A stretch of 64,000 nucleotides of DNA from an uncultured virus (IMG/VR IMGVR_UViG_3300049982_000266) (IMGVR_UViG_3300049982_000266), one strand, 5' to 3'; shown: positions 40,629 through 50,075, counted from the first letter of the stretch. The notes: a model not told the origin generated them from the letters alone. A program made the numbers and translations.

Positions 40629-40704
40629 GTGTCCTCCTGTGATGGTTACCTGTCACGGTAGCACGGCGCCCACCCGCTTAGCGGACGGCGTGCACGGGCT
40701 TAGC
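40629..40704 (-). promoter_or_regulatory. Repeat module with tandem boxes, no hairpin
   Basis: GCTAAGCCCGTGCACG...GCTAAGCGGGTGGGCGCCGTGCTACCGT...CAGGAGG; first TAA is the FtsK-gene stop. Confidence 0.7.
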
Positions 40705-42604
40705 GCGCGACGACGGCTGCCGGGCGCAGCGCGTCGAGAAGCGGGTCGGGGCCGGACTCCGGGTCGGGCGTCCACCACACTTGCACCTCGCGGGGGCCGG
40801 AGCCTACGTCGGCGGTGGCGCGGCCCTTCGCGTCAGCCGGGACGTCGCGGCCGACACTGGAGTCCTGAAACATCATCTTCGCGCCGTCCTGCGAGAGCGC
40901 GCCGAGGGCGACGCGGGCGCCGTAGTTGTCGCGGGCGGCGCCACCGAAGATCGAGGCGTCCGGACGCTGGATGCCGACGAGCAGGTGGACGCGCGCGGTC
41001 CGGCCGAGCCGGGCGATCGAGCGCCACTGCTCGACGACGGGGTGCACCGTGCCGGTCTGGCCCTTCTCGCGGTTCGCCTTCCACCACGCGTTCGAGCGCT
41101 CGATCCACTCGTGCGCCTCGTCGACCACGAGCAGCACCGGGCGGTGCGAGTCCTTCGCCACCCGGCGGCTCTCGACCTCGGCGTAGCGGCTGTCCATCTT
41201 CTCGTGCATCCGCTCCATGAGGTCGATCATGTCCTCGGTGTCGGTCGCCACCTCGGCCACGTTCGGCCAGCCGCGCAGCCCCATCATCTCGACGCGCTTC
41301 GGGTCGAGGATCCGGATCTCGAAGCCGCGCAGCGCGGCCTCCGTGATGAGCGCCCGCAGGGCCACGGTCTTCCCTCCGCCGGTCTCCCCGGCCACGAGGC
41401 AGTGCGGCGCGACACGCAGGTCCCACGCGACCTCGGCGCCGTCCTCGTCGGTGGCGAAGGGCAGCCGCCAGGTGTCGGACAGGTCGGCCGGGACGTGGTG
41501 GTCGATCTTCGCGGGCATGGCCGGGCGCCGAGCGGCGACGACCCGGTCGGCGTCGGTCTCCCAGTCCAGCCGCCAGCGGCCGGGCGCCTTCGCGTTGATG
41601 ACCTCCTGGAGCCCGAAGCGGGTCTCGGGGGCGTCGTCGCGGAAGGTGCTCGGGTAGGCGATGCGGACGGTGCGCGGGCCGACGTCGTCCCAGTCGGCGA
41701 CCTGGATCTTCGGGTCGCCGGTGCGGATGAAGCCCCGGATCGCGGCGTCCAGGCGCTCGGTCAGCACGGCCCGGCCGGAGTCACGCTCGACCGGCGGCTC
41801 GGGCTTGCGAGGGTCGGGGTCGCCCGGCCGGGGCTCACGGAACGTGACGAGGTCGCGGGACGGCTGCCAGTCGGCGACGAGCGGGACGTGGAGCCCGACG
41901 GCCTTGCGGGTGACGGCGACCTCGACCCGAGCGCGGGCCTGGTCGTCGGTGTCGTCAAAGCGCGGGCCGTAGCGGATCTCCAGGCGCCGGGGCGTCATGC
42001 CCTGCCAGCGCCCGGCGGTGATGAAGCCGGGCGCGGTCACGCTGGTCTGCGTCTCGCGGCCGACGATCTCGGCGATGCGGGCGACGACGGCCCGGCGCTT
42101 CGCGACGGTGCGGAGCCCCCACAGGATGCCGACGGCGAAGCCCGCTCCGGCCAGCGCGCCGGTCCGGGCGATCGCGGGGTGGCCGAGCAGCGTCCAGGCG
42201 CCGAGCCACACGAGCAGCGCGCCGAAGTGCGGCCGGAGCCACGGCGCCTCGACCTTCACCGGCGGTCCTCCTCGACGTCGTGCTGCGCGCTCGGTCGCCT
42301 CCCGGGCGGTCTTCGCCCGGTGGCAGTCCTCGCACAAGACCTGGCGGTTGTGGGGGTCGTGGCTGCCGCCGTCCACGAGAGGCGTCACGTGGTCGGCGTG
42401 GAAGGGGCCGTGCGCCGTCCCGCAGCGGGCGCACCGGCGGCCGTTGTCCCGCAGGGTCGCGTCGCGATACTCGCGCTTGTCCCGCTGCGCCAGGCGACAG
42501 GGCCGGTGCGACCGCAGCCGAGGGGCCGCTGGCTCGCCGCAGTAGCGGCAGGTGCCGGGGGGTGCGTCGGGGTGCGCCACCTCGACCTTGCGGTGCTCGC
42601 TCAC
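40700..42604 (-). CDS. HNH nuclease-TM-FtsK/SpoIIIE (TcpA/TraB-like coupling protein) fusion
   Basis: N-term CARC...DHVTPLVDGG...NRQVLCEDCHRAKT; two TMs; HCLVAGETGGGKT, ILDPK, LVVDEA, ARLGR..RVHLLVGIQRPDA. Confidence 0.85.
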   Translation of the reverse strand: MSEHRKVEVAHPDAPPGTCRYCGEPAAPRLRSHRPCRLAQRDKREYRDATLRDNGRRCARCGTAHGPFHADHVTPLVDGGSHDPHNRQVLCEDCHRAKTAREATERAARRRGGPPVKVEAPWLRPHFGALLVWLGAWTLLGHPAIARTGALAGAGFAVGILWGLRTVAKRRAVVARIAEIVGRETQTSVTAPGFITAGRWQGMTPRRLEIRYGPRFDDTDDQARARVEVAVTRKAVGLHVPLVADWQPSRDLVTFREPRPGDPDPRKPEPPVERDSGRAVLTERLDAAIRGFIRTGDPKIQVADWDDVGPRTVRIAYPSTFRDDAPETRFGLQEVINAKAPGRWRLDWETDADRVVAARRPAMPAKIDHHVPADLSDTWRLPFATDEDGAEVAWDLRVAPHCLVAGETGGGKTVALRALITEAALRGFEIRILDPKRVEMMGLRGWPNVAEVATDTEDMIDLMERMHEKMDSRYAEVESRRVAKDSHRPVLLVVDEAHEWIERSNAWWKANREKGQTGTVHPVVEQWRSIARLGRTARVHLLVGIQRPDASIFGGAARDNYGARVALGALSQDGAKMMFQDSSVGRDVPADAKGRATADVGSGPREVQVWWTPDPESGPDPLLDALRPAAVVAR

Positions 42605-43014
42605 CGGCCGAGCCTAGATCATCTCGACCGCCCCGAGCCGTCTCGACGCGCCGCCGGTCGCCCGGCCCGAAGGACGGAGGTGGGCCGACGAGGCGAGCCT
42701 CGGCCAGCAGCGGGCCAGCCGTCCAGCACGGCTCACCCTCGACCTTAGGTTGACACTTCGGGTAGGGTCAGCCGCGCTGTGTAGCGCCAGCGGAGCAGAG
42801 CGGCTGGACCGGGCGGATGGCACACCTCCAGGGCCGACGAGAGCAGCCCGAGGCAGGAGCGGCGGCGAGCCCGGCGGGCGGCCCGAAGGGCTCTCGCCGC
42901 AGGCTGGCACCGACCTCCGACAGAACGGGCGCGAGCGCGCCTGCGGTCGCCGTCCGGACGGGCTCTCCGTCCCACCCTCGACTAGAGGTCGACCCTTCGG
43001 GGTACTGTCAGAGC

Positions 43015-43290
43015 ATGGACGCACGCGGAACCACGTTCGCGACCCTGGAGCCCCCGGCTCCGAGGGCTCCGCAGCGTGTCACCGCCTCCTCGAAGACGCG
43101 CGGTGAGCGCGTCATCGTCCTGCGCCCGGAGGGGCCGATCCGCAACGTCCGCGCGACGTCGGACCCGGTCGAGATCGACGGCGTGCTGCACGTCCGCTGC
43201 GTGTCCGAAGAGGACTGGTACAGGTGGGCGTTCGTCGGCACGAAGCCGACCATCCAGCCCTACCCGGCCTACCTCGTCTTCCTGGAGTAA
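43015..43290 (+). CDS. hypothetical protein; the only clear plus-strand gene, leaderless
   Basis: TACTGT-CAGAGC-ATG; protein-like 91 aa; convergent terminator follows. Confidence 0.65.
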   Translation: MDARGTTFATLEPPAPRAPQRVTASSKTRGERVIVLRPEGPIRNVRATSDPVEIDGVLHVRCVSEEDWYRWAFVGTKPTIQPYPAYLVFLE

Positions 43291-43294
43291 GCAC

Positions 43295-43327
43295 GACGCC
43301 CCCCACCTTCTCGGCGGGGGGCGTCGG
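43295..43327. terminator. bidirectional hairpin terminator
   Basis: CGACGCCCCCC...GGGGGGCGTCG between convergent genes. Confidence 0.65.
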
Positions 43328-43329
43328 CG

Positions 43330-43596
43330 TCAGTAGGGCTCGACGGCCTGCGCGACCGGCTGTTCGTCGGTCGGCGGGATCGGCGTGCCGAAGGGGATGC
43401 ACACGAGCCGGATCGCCGACGGGCTGAGCCCGAGGCGGCGGCTCATCGCGCCCGGCTTCACGCCGTCCCGGAAGGCGCGGCGCAGGGCGTTGTCGCGGGC
43501 CTCGCGCAGCGCCTTGATCTGCTCCTCGTGCCGCTCGATCTGGCGCATGAGGTGCTGCGCTTCGTCCAGGTGGCTGACCTGCTCGGCGGTGGTCAC
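43330..43596 (-). CDS. small coiled-coil + HTH protein
   Basis: ARDNALRRAFRDGVKPGAMSRRLGLSPSAIR. Confidence 0.65.
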   Translation of the reverse strand: MTTAEQVSHLDEAQHLMRQIERHEEQIKALREARDNALRRAFRDGVKPGAMSRRLGLSPSAIRLVCIPFGTPIPPTDEQPVAQAVEPY

Positions 43597-44591
43597 GCGG
43601 CTGCTCCAGGGTCGGGGACGCCGTGGTCGGCGAGCCAGGGTCGGGGGTCGGTCGGGATGCCGTTGACGCGCACCTCGAAGTGCAGGTGCGGGCCGGTGCT
43701 GTTGCCGGTCGTGCCGACGAAGCCGAGCGGACTGCCGGGCTGCACCTCGTCACCGACGGTGACGCTCACGGCGGACTGGTGGGCGTAGTAGGTCTCGACG
43801 CCGTCCGCATGGATCACGCGCACGAGGTTGCCGTAGCCGCCCCCGTTGCCGACGAACGACACGCGGCCAGCCGACGCGGCGTAGATCGGGGTGCCGGTCG
43901 GGGCGGCGTAGTCGAGCCCGGCGTGGTTGGTCGAGCCGATGCCGCCTGGCGACCGGCGCGGTCCGAAGCCGGACGTCAGCACGTACGTGCCGGGGGCCAG
44001 CGGGTGCGTCCAGGGTCCGGCGGCCAGCGGGGCGCAGGTGGCCGGTGCGGCGCCGTCCAGGGTCGTCACGACGGCCGTCGCCCAGCCCTCCTGCTCGGCG
44101 TACCGGAGCGGGAAGGCCGAGCCCTGCACGACCTGCGCCAGCGCGCCGACGGTCATGATCTCCCAGCCGGGGGTCCGCTGCACGCCGTCGTAGAACCACG
44201 AGACGCTGAAGAGCGGGTCGAGGCGCTGCTCGACGCTGCCGTGGTCGTCGATCAACTGGAGTGCGCCGATGCTCGTGCCGTGGCCGTAGGGCAGGTTGCG
44301 CATCCCCGACTCGACCTTGCCTGCGGCGATCGCGGCCACCCACGCCTTCGGCGCGAGCCCCCGGCGCTTGCCCTCGGCGATGAACACCTGAGCGACGGCG
44401 ACCTGCTCGGAGTCGAGCCCGGAGGCGGTGGCCGCCGGGTCGACGCCGATGGAGCACGAGACCGCTGAGGTCGGGCCAACGTCCTCGGCTCCGGCGCCGA
44501 CCGCGACGGTCATCGTGAGCATCCCGACGCCGACGATGCCGAGCGGGCTGCACAGCACGGCGGCGGCCAGCAGCGGCTTCCACGCCCTCAC
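43593..44591 (-). CDS. conjugation-associated peptidoglycan hydrolase (lysozyme-like + M23 peptidase)
   Basis: N-term TM; VESGMRNL...AQVVQGSAFP; HAGLD, YAHQ, STGPHLHFEV. Confidence 0.9.
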   Translation of the reverse strand: MRAWKPLLAAAVLCSPLGIVGVGMLTMTVAVGAGAEDVGPTSAVSCSIGVDPAATASGLDSEQVAVAQVFIAEGKRRGLAPKAWVAAIAAGKVESGMRNLPYGHGTSIGALQLIDDHGSVEQRLDPLFSVSWFYDGVQRTPGWEIMTVGALAQVVQGSAFPLRYAEQEGWATAVVTTLDGAAPATCAPLAAGPWTHPLAPGTYVLTSGFGPRRSPGGIGSTNHAGLDYAAPTGTPIYAASAGRVSFVGNGGGYGNLVRVIHADGVETYYAHQSAVSVTVGDEVQPGSPLGFVGTTGNSTGPHLHFEVRVNGIPTDPRPWLADHGVPDPGAAA

Positions 44592-45088
44592 TCGCGCGCC
44601 TCGCGGACGTCGGCGACCTGCCAGCGGGAGCCGTCGGTGACGAGGTCGACGAGCAGCGTCTCCTCGCTGTTGAGCGTCACCGCGACCGACGCGGTCGTCT
44701 CGCCGACGTCGACCGCCGAGGCGCCGACGACGTTGCCGACGGGCAGCCGGTCGGTCTCGGTGAAGTGCAGCATCTCGGCCAGCGCCGGGGTGCAGCGCTC
44801 GGCCATCTCGCGGTTCCAGATGGCACGCTCGGTGTCGGTCATCGGCGGCGTCGCGAAGATCGACATGAAGCCGCGAGCGGCGTCCACGACGACCTCCTCC
44901 TCGCCCGGCTCGACGACCGGCACCGGGCTCTCGACCGGGGCTGCCGACGGACTCGGCTCGCGCTCGACCGTGATAAGGCGCTCCACGGCGGGCTCCCGGT
45001 ACTCGGGCTCACCGCCGAGGATCCAGGCGGCCAGGAGTACCCCGAGCACGGCGGCGAGGAAGGCGGCGACGCGCCAGCGGCTACGCAT
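44588..45088 (-). CDS. bitopic membrane protein, possible VirB8/TcpC-like
   Basis: N-term TM, NTF2-like C-term (..LLVDLVTDGSRWQVADV); operon position. Confidence 0.5.
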   Translation of the reverse strand: MRSRWRVAAFLAAVLGVLLAAWILGGEPEYREPAVERLITVEREPSPSAAPVESPVPVVEPGEEEVVVDAARGFMSIFATPPMTDTERAIWNREMAERCTPALAEMLHFTETDRLPVGNVVGASAVDVGETTASVAVTLNSEETLLVDLVTDGSRWQVADVREARE

Positions 45089-46961
45089 CGGTCACCTCGG
45101 CGCCGACCTCGGGCCGGTACAGGACGAAGACCTCGTCGCCGTCCACGATCTCCGGCTCGACCGGAGGGGCCAGGCTCGTGTTCGCCGGAAGCACCGGCGC
45201 CTCCTCGTCCTCGGGCACGTAGACGTCGACCGGCGGCAGGGCGGCCGGGGGCGGGGGCTCGATCGCGCCGGTCGACGGGACGACGATCGGCCCGCCCTCG
45301 TGCACCGGCGCCTCGTCCTCGTGCAGACCCGCCACGACGGGCGCTGCGGCCAGGGCGGGGGCCGGAGCCCCGACCGGGGCGATCGCGGGCTGAGCGACCT
45401 GCCGAGGGGCCGGAGCGGGCGCGCTGTAGGACTCGGCCCGCACGGTGGTCGGGCTCTCCTGCTGCTGACGCTCGGCCTCCTCCTCGGCGGCGTTCTCGAC
45501 GGCCTGCTTCGTGCCGACGTACGCGCCGACGCCCGAGGTCACCGCGCCCATCGCGGCCCGCTTCGCGGAGTCGACGGCGCCCCGCGCCTTGTCGCCGAGC
45601 GCGCTGGCCGCATCGCCGAACGGGTCGGGGTTGCGCACCATGCGGGTGAGCCTCCGGAACGGCCGGAGCACGGTGAACATGACGACGCTGAAGAGCGCGA
45701 CGAGCATGAGCGCCAGCCACGTCGGCAGTCCGCTGGCAGGGTCGAGCAAGATCCCGATGCTGAGCACGGTGAAGGCGGCGCCGACACCGAAGGCAACGCA
45801 GTTGACGATGGCCGCGCCGACGGTGTTGCCGACGCCCCGGACCACGCCCGGCATGAGGATGCCCATGACGAGCAGCAGCGGCGCGAACATCACCGCGAGC
45901 CGGACGATGAGGAAGGCGCCGATGATGAGCAGCGCCGACACGAGCACGAACGGGGCGGCGCAGAGCATCGCGAAGAGCGAGACGAGCACGGCCCCCATCC
46001 GGCTCTCCGAGCGCTTGCCGGTGAAGTAGGCGTAGGCGTCCGGATCGGACTCCTGGATCTCGGCGGCGGCCTGCTCCCAGCGCTCCTGCTTCGCCTCGAT
46101 CACGGCGGCGCGTTCTTCGGCGGGCAGCGCCGCCTCGGCCCACGTGAGCGCCTGCGAGTCGAAGATCACCGGCCCGTACTGCTCGGCCGTCGCGCCGTTG
46201 CTCTTGCCGAAGGTCCCGGTGAGCCACTGCTGGTAGAGCACGGCGTCGTGCAGGCTGCCAGCGGCGGCGTCCGCCGGGTCGTCGCTGTCCTGCCCGGCGA
46301 CCCCGTTGAGCCCGGCGTTGACGGCCCCGAGCGCCGTGGTGACGGTGTCGTCGGCGACGTGCCCGGCAGCCACCGGGTAGCGGAAGAGCACCGTCGCCAG
46401 CACCATCACGAAGACGGCCCAGCCGACGGCTCCGGCGGTGCTCGCCAGGTTGCCCCGGCGCGCCTTCCAGATGAGCCCGAAGCCGAGCGCGGCCAGGGCC
46501 AGTCCGAGGAAGGACTCGAAGACGGTCTCGCGCAGCGTCGAGGTGACGTGCTCCAGCAGCCCGTCGAAGGCGCCGAGGAAGGTCGGCTCGAAGGCGACGT
46601 CGGTCAGGGCGTTCGTCAGGGCGACGCCCGCCTTCGGGATCTCCAGCAGCCAGTTCGAGATCGCGGTGCCGACGGTCGCCTCGGGGTTGCGCGCGGCGTC
46701 CGGGCCGCAGCCGAGGTCGTAGGTGGTGAAGCGCAGACCGGCGTAGCCGTACTGCTCATAGATCGACGTCGTCGGCTTCTCGGCGAACGGGTCGCCGGGC
46801 TCGGGCACCTCGGGGTCGGAGGTGAAGTACCCGGCCAGCCCCCGGCCGGGGGTGTCCGGCGTCGGCGCATCCTTGCAGTCGAAGGGGGCGGCCGACGCCG
46901 GAGCGGCGAGCAGGACGAGAGCGGTCAGAGCGAGCCCCAGCAGGGCGAGCAGCCGCCTCAC
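45081..46961 (-). CDS. polytopic conjugation membrane protein (VirB6/TcpH-like)
   Basis: Signal peptide, YEQYGYAGLRFTTYDLGCG, many TMs, Pro-rich tail; follows VirB4. Confidence 0.75.
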   Translation of the reverse strand: MRRLLALLGLALTALVLLAAPASAAPFDCKDAPTPDTPGRGLAGYFTSDPEVPEPGDPFAEKPTTSIYEQYGYAGLRFTTYDLGCGPDAARNPEATVGTAISNWLLEIPKAGVALTNALTDVAFEPTFLGAFDGLLEHVTSTLRETVFESFLGLALAALGFGLIWKARRGNLASTAGAVGWAVFVMVLATVLFRYPVAAGHVADDTVTTALGAVNAGLNGVAGQDSDDPADAAAGSLHDAVLYQQWLTGTFGKSNGATAEQYGPVIFDSQALTWAEAALPAEERAAVIEAKQERWEQAAAEIQESDPDAYAYFTGKRSESRMGAVLVSLFAMLCAAPFVLVSALLIIGAFLIVRLAVMFAPLLLVMGILMPGVVRGVGNTVGAAIVNCVAFGVGAAFTVLSIGILLDPASGLPTWLALMLVALFSVVMFTVLRPFRRLTRMVRNPDPFGDAASALGDKARGAVDSAKRAAMGAVTSGVGAYVGTKQAVENAAEEEAERQQQESPTTVRAESYSAPAPAPRQVAQPAIAPVGAPAPALAAAPVVAGLHEDEAPVHEGGPIVVPSTGAIEPPPPAALPPVDVYVPEDEEAPVLPANTSLAPPVEPEIVDGDEVFVLYRPEVGAEVTDA

Positions 46962-49480
46962 GCGGTCAGCGCCAGGTCGGCGTCGCGGGCCGTCCAGGTG
47001 GGCGTGGCGGTGCTGTCCAGGGCGGCCAGCAGCGCCGGGTTCCACGTCAGGTCGACACGCATCTTCTCGACGTTGCCGTCCACGTCGCGCATGACGAACT
47101 CGCGCGAGCCCGAGCGGGCCGTCGAGCGGCGGTCCTGCGGGCTGAGCCCGGCCAGGGTCGCCTCGTAGCCGACGCCCTCGGGGACGCGCAGCAGCCGGAG
47201 CGCCTGGCGGGCGTGGTCCTCGTCCTGCGTGCGGCCGACGAAGGCCGTGCTGACGAAGTTCGCGACGTCGAGCCCGAGCAGGTCGCTCGCGTTCTGCGAC
47301 GTCGGCATGACGCAGGCGTTCCACTTGCGGCTGTCGCGAGCGAGCCGGGTGAACAGCGCGCGGCCCGACCCCCAGTCGCCGAGGAAGTGCGCCTCGTCGA
47401 GCCCGACCATCTTCCGCTCGCTCATCGCGCGGCCGTAGATGGCCGTCGAGGTGAGGTAGGCGGCCAGGTGCAGCAGCGGGACGGCCAGCGCCTCGCCGGT
47501 GCTCCAGGACTCGCGAGGCACGCCGCGCGGAGGCAGCACGAGCCCCGGCATGGTGAGCACCGTGAGCACGGCGTCCGACGACCGGTCGAGCGAGTAGCCC
47601 GAGCCGTAGAAGAGCCGGGCCAGCGGCATGTCGGCCATGTCGCGCAGGTAGTTGGCGATGACCTTGCCGTGCGGGCTGTCGTGGCCGTCCAGGTTGCGGA
47701 TCACGGTCTGGATCGAGCCGGTGCTGAAGCCGCCGGTGACGCGCACGGCGTCAGCGATCACGAGCCGGGTCTCCGGCATCGCGTCGACCTGCGGCGGCAG
47801 GAGCATCCGCAGGACGTCGGTCACGAGCCCCTTGCGCTCGGCCATCGCCTCGGCCTTCGCCGTCAGCCACAGCGTCTCGTCGGCGAACGCCTCCCGGCGC
47901 GGCTCGGGCACGACGCTGTACGGGTTGAGGGTGCCGGACTCGGCGTGCAGCAGGTCGACGTGCCGCGAGACGCCCTGCAACTCCGGCAGGGTCGTGAGCC
48001 GGGCCAGCGGGCCGGACGGGTCGAGCAGCGTCGTGGTGTTGCCGCGCATCGCGTTCACATAGGCGAGCGCGCCCATGAGCACCGACTTGCCCGCGCCGAG
48101 TCCGCCGACGATCGGCGTCACGCCCGAGGTCTCGCGGACCTCCGTGGCGAAGTGCGGGTCGAACATCACGGCCCGGCGGCTCGTGCCGCAGGTGTAGCCG
48201 AGGTAGGAGCCGCGCCGGTCGCCGAGGCTAGCCGACACGGTCGGCATGGCGGCGGCGAAGGCGAGCACCGGCAGGCGGCGGCGGTGCGCGGTGCTGCTCA
48301 GCGGCTCGCCGGGGATGAACTCGCGGAGCAAGCCCTCCTGCCCCTTCGGGTGCTCGACGGCCATGCGCAGCGGCTTGTAGAGGTCGACGACCTGGCGGGC
48401 GCGGTCCAGGCACTCGTCCTCGGTCGCTCCGGACACCGCGAGGCGGTGCCAGCCGTAGGCGCGGGTCGAGATGACCTCGTGGCCCTCGGTCATCTCGTCG
48501 TCGACCTGGCGGGCGCGGGCGGTCTTGCGCCCGAGGTCGAGCGGGACGTCGATCCCGTGCTCGGCGTAGTGCTTCTCCATGTCGCGGCCGACGAGCAGGC
48601 GGCGGCCGACGGCGGCCTTCGCGTCCTCCCCGGAGAGCATGTCGACGCGGCTGCTCCACTCGACGGTGAAGGGCAGCCGGTCGGCGTGGCTCATCCACGG
48701 GTCGAACGCCGGGTGCGGCGCCACGACCTCGTCGGTGCGGCCGATGGTCAGCACGGCGACGTAGCGGGTGACCTGCTTCCCGGCACGCTCGGCGGTGACC
48801 TTGACGCAGCGTCCGAGCGGCGCAGTCTCGTAGGTGACGCCGTCGGTGAAGGCGTGCAGGTCGCCGGGCTCCCACTCGCCGTTCTCGACGGGGCTCAGCG
48901 ACGACGGCGCTGGCAGCCCGAGCGCGACGCTGCGGTGCAGCAGGAACTCGACGTCGCGGGCGGTTGCGGGCGCGCCCTCGATCCCCGGTCCGGCGACGAC
49001 CTTCGCGATGCTCTTGACCTGCTCGGCGATCTTCTCGCGCTCGCTCTTCGTAGGCTTGCGGCTCAGCATCTCCAGCACGGCGGCGGTCCACGGCCGGTCG
49101 CCGATCTCGACGCCGAGCAGCACTTCCTTCTCGGCGAGCGTCGTGGTCTGGAGGTGCCGCTGCACGGCGACGAGGTGGTCGCTCCACGGGCTCCCGGCGG
49201 CCTTGCCGCCGACGGGCTCGGGGGTGTTGCGGTCCAGTCCCTCGGCCCACACGCGGACCGGGTAGGGACGGCTGGTCACGCGCCAGTGCAGCCGGTGGCC
49301 GGTGAGCCCGGCCAGGGTCGTGCCTGCGCCCATGAGCAGGGCGGTGCGCTGCTTCTCGGAGCGGAACGCCCAGTGCTGCGGCGGCAGGACGAACCACGCG
49401 ACGACGCGGTCACGGGTGATCGTGAGGTTGCCTGCGATCTCGCGCAGGGCGAGCGGACTCTTCGTGGTCTCGGTCTTCAA
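46958..49480 (-). CDS. virB4: VirB4/ConE/TcpF-like conjugation ATPase
   Basis: GGLGAGKS, LLDPSGPL, VGLDEAHFL, LARDSRKWN...SQN; TTG start after AGGAG. Confidence 0.85.
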   Translation of the reverse strand: MKTETTKSPLALREIAGNLTITRDRVVAWFVLPPQHWAFRSEKQRTALLMGAGTTLAGLTGHRLHWRVTSRPYPVRVWAEGLDRNTPEPVGGKAAGSPWSDHLVAVQRHLQTTTLAEKEVLLGVEIGDRPWTAAVLEMLSRKPTKSEREKIAEQVKSIAKVVAGPGIEGAPATARDVEFLLHRSVALGLPAPSSLSPVENGEWEPGDLHAFTDGVTYETAPLGRCVKVTAERAGKQVTRYVAVLTIGRTDEVVAPHPAFDPWMSHADRLPFTVEWSSRVDMLSGEDAKAAVGRRLLVGRDMEKHYAEHGIDVPLDLGRKTARARQVDDEMTEGHEVISTRAYGWHRLAVSGATEDECLDRARQVVDLYKPLRMAVEHPKGQEGLLREFIPGEPLSSTAHRRRLPVLAFAAAMPTVSASLGDRRGSYLGYTCGTSRRAVMFDPHFATEVRETSGVTPIVGGLGAGKSVLMGALAYVNAMRGNTTTLLDPSGPLARLTTLPELQGVSRHVDLLHAESGTLNPYSVVPEPRREAFADETLWLTAKAEAMAERKGLVTDVLRMLLPPQVDAMPETRLVIADAVRVTGGFSTGSIQTVIRNLDGHDSPHGKVIANYLRDMADMPLARLFYGSGYSLDRSSDAVLTVLTMPGLVLPPRGVPRESWSTGEALAVPLLHLAAYLTSTAIYGRAMSERKMVGLDEAHFLGDWGSGRALFTRLARDSRKWNACVMPTSQNASDLLGLDVANFVSTAFVGRTQDEDHARQALRLLRVPEGVGYEATLAGLSPQDRRSTARSGSREFVMRDVDGNVEKMRVDLTWNPALLAALDSTATPTWTARDADLALTA

Positions 49481-49830
49481 GGGGTCTCCTGGATGCGCAC
49501 GCGGCTGGTGGTGACGCGGTGCGCAGTCGGCTTCGCGGGGCGGCTGGCGCGGACCTCGGCGCGCACGGTCTGGAGCAGGCTCCGGACGGTGCGGTCGCTG
49601 TCGACGTAGCCCATGACGGCGTAGGTGACGAGGGTCGCGATGACGGCCTCCCACACCGGGACTCCGACGCCGAGCACGGGCACGATCGCCTTGACGGCCA
49701 GGATGCCGAGGAAAACGGCGATCCAGACCCCGTAGGCGACGTAGCGCGCGTGCCAGGGCAGCGGGGCTCCGGCGGGCCCGAGCCAGATGGCCCGGATGCG
49801 GAAGACGTCGTCGTCGGTACGAAGCCTCAC
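49477..49830 (-). CDS. TcpE/VirB3-like conjugation membrane protein
   Basis: RTDDDVFRIRAIWLGP...LPW..RYVAYG, two TMs, directly upstream of VirB4. Confidence 0.7.
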   Translation of the reverse strand: MRLRTDDDVFRIRAIWLGPAGAPLPWHARYVAYGVWIAVFLGILAVKAIVPVLGVGVPVWEAVIATLVTYAVMGYVDSDRTVRSLLQTVRAEVRASRPAKPTAHRVTTSRVRIQETP

Positions 49831-50075
49831 TGGATGATGATGCCGGTCAACTCGTCGGCGAACGAGTAGAGGATCGGCCCGGCGGCGATGACGACGAGCC
49901 CGATGAGCACGAGCGTCATGGTCGAGGCGGCGTCGGACACGCGGCCCTTGCGGCTGCTCGCGATGATGCCGATGCCGATGACGAGGCACAGGATCGGGAC
50001 GATGAGGCGGACGCCCGCCTCGACGATCCCGTCGGTGTTCAGCGTCGCGGCGAGGGTGATGCTCTCGTGGATCAC
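49827..50075 (-). CDS. TcpD/VirB2-like small two-TM protein
   Basis: 82 aa, two hydrophobic helices, first gene of operon. Confidence 0.6.
   Translation of the reverse strand: MIHESITLAATLNTDGIVEAGVRLIVPILCLVIGIGIIASSRKGRVSDAASTMTLVLIGLVVIAAGPILYSFADELTGIIIQ

Noticed and set aside
514..40702. Classical integron (attC array)
   Set aside because: No IntI or tyrosine recombinase in the window and no RYYYAAC...GTTRRRY paired boxes; only the stop-codon overlap is analogous
25540..49609. Long plus-strand ORFs (e.g. 25540..28131, 33524..35416, 40781..42748, 44637..47168, 47213..49609)
   Set aside because: Antisense shadows of real minus-strand genes, expected at this GC content; no recognisable motifs
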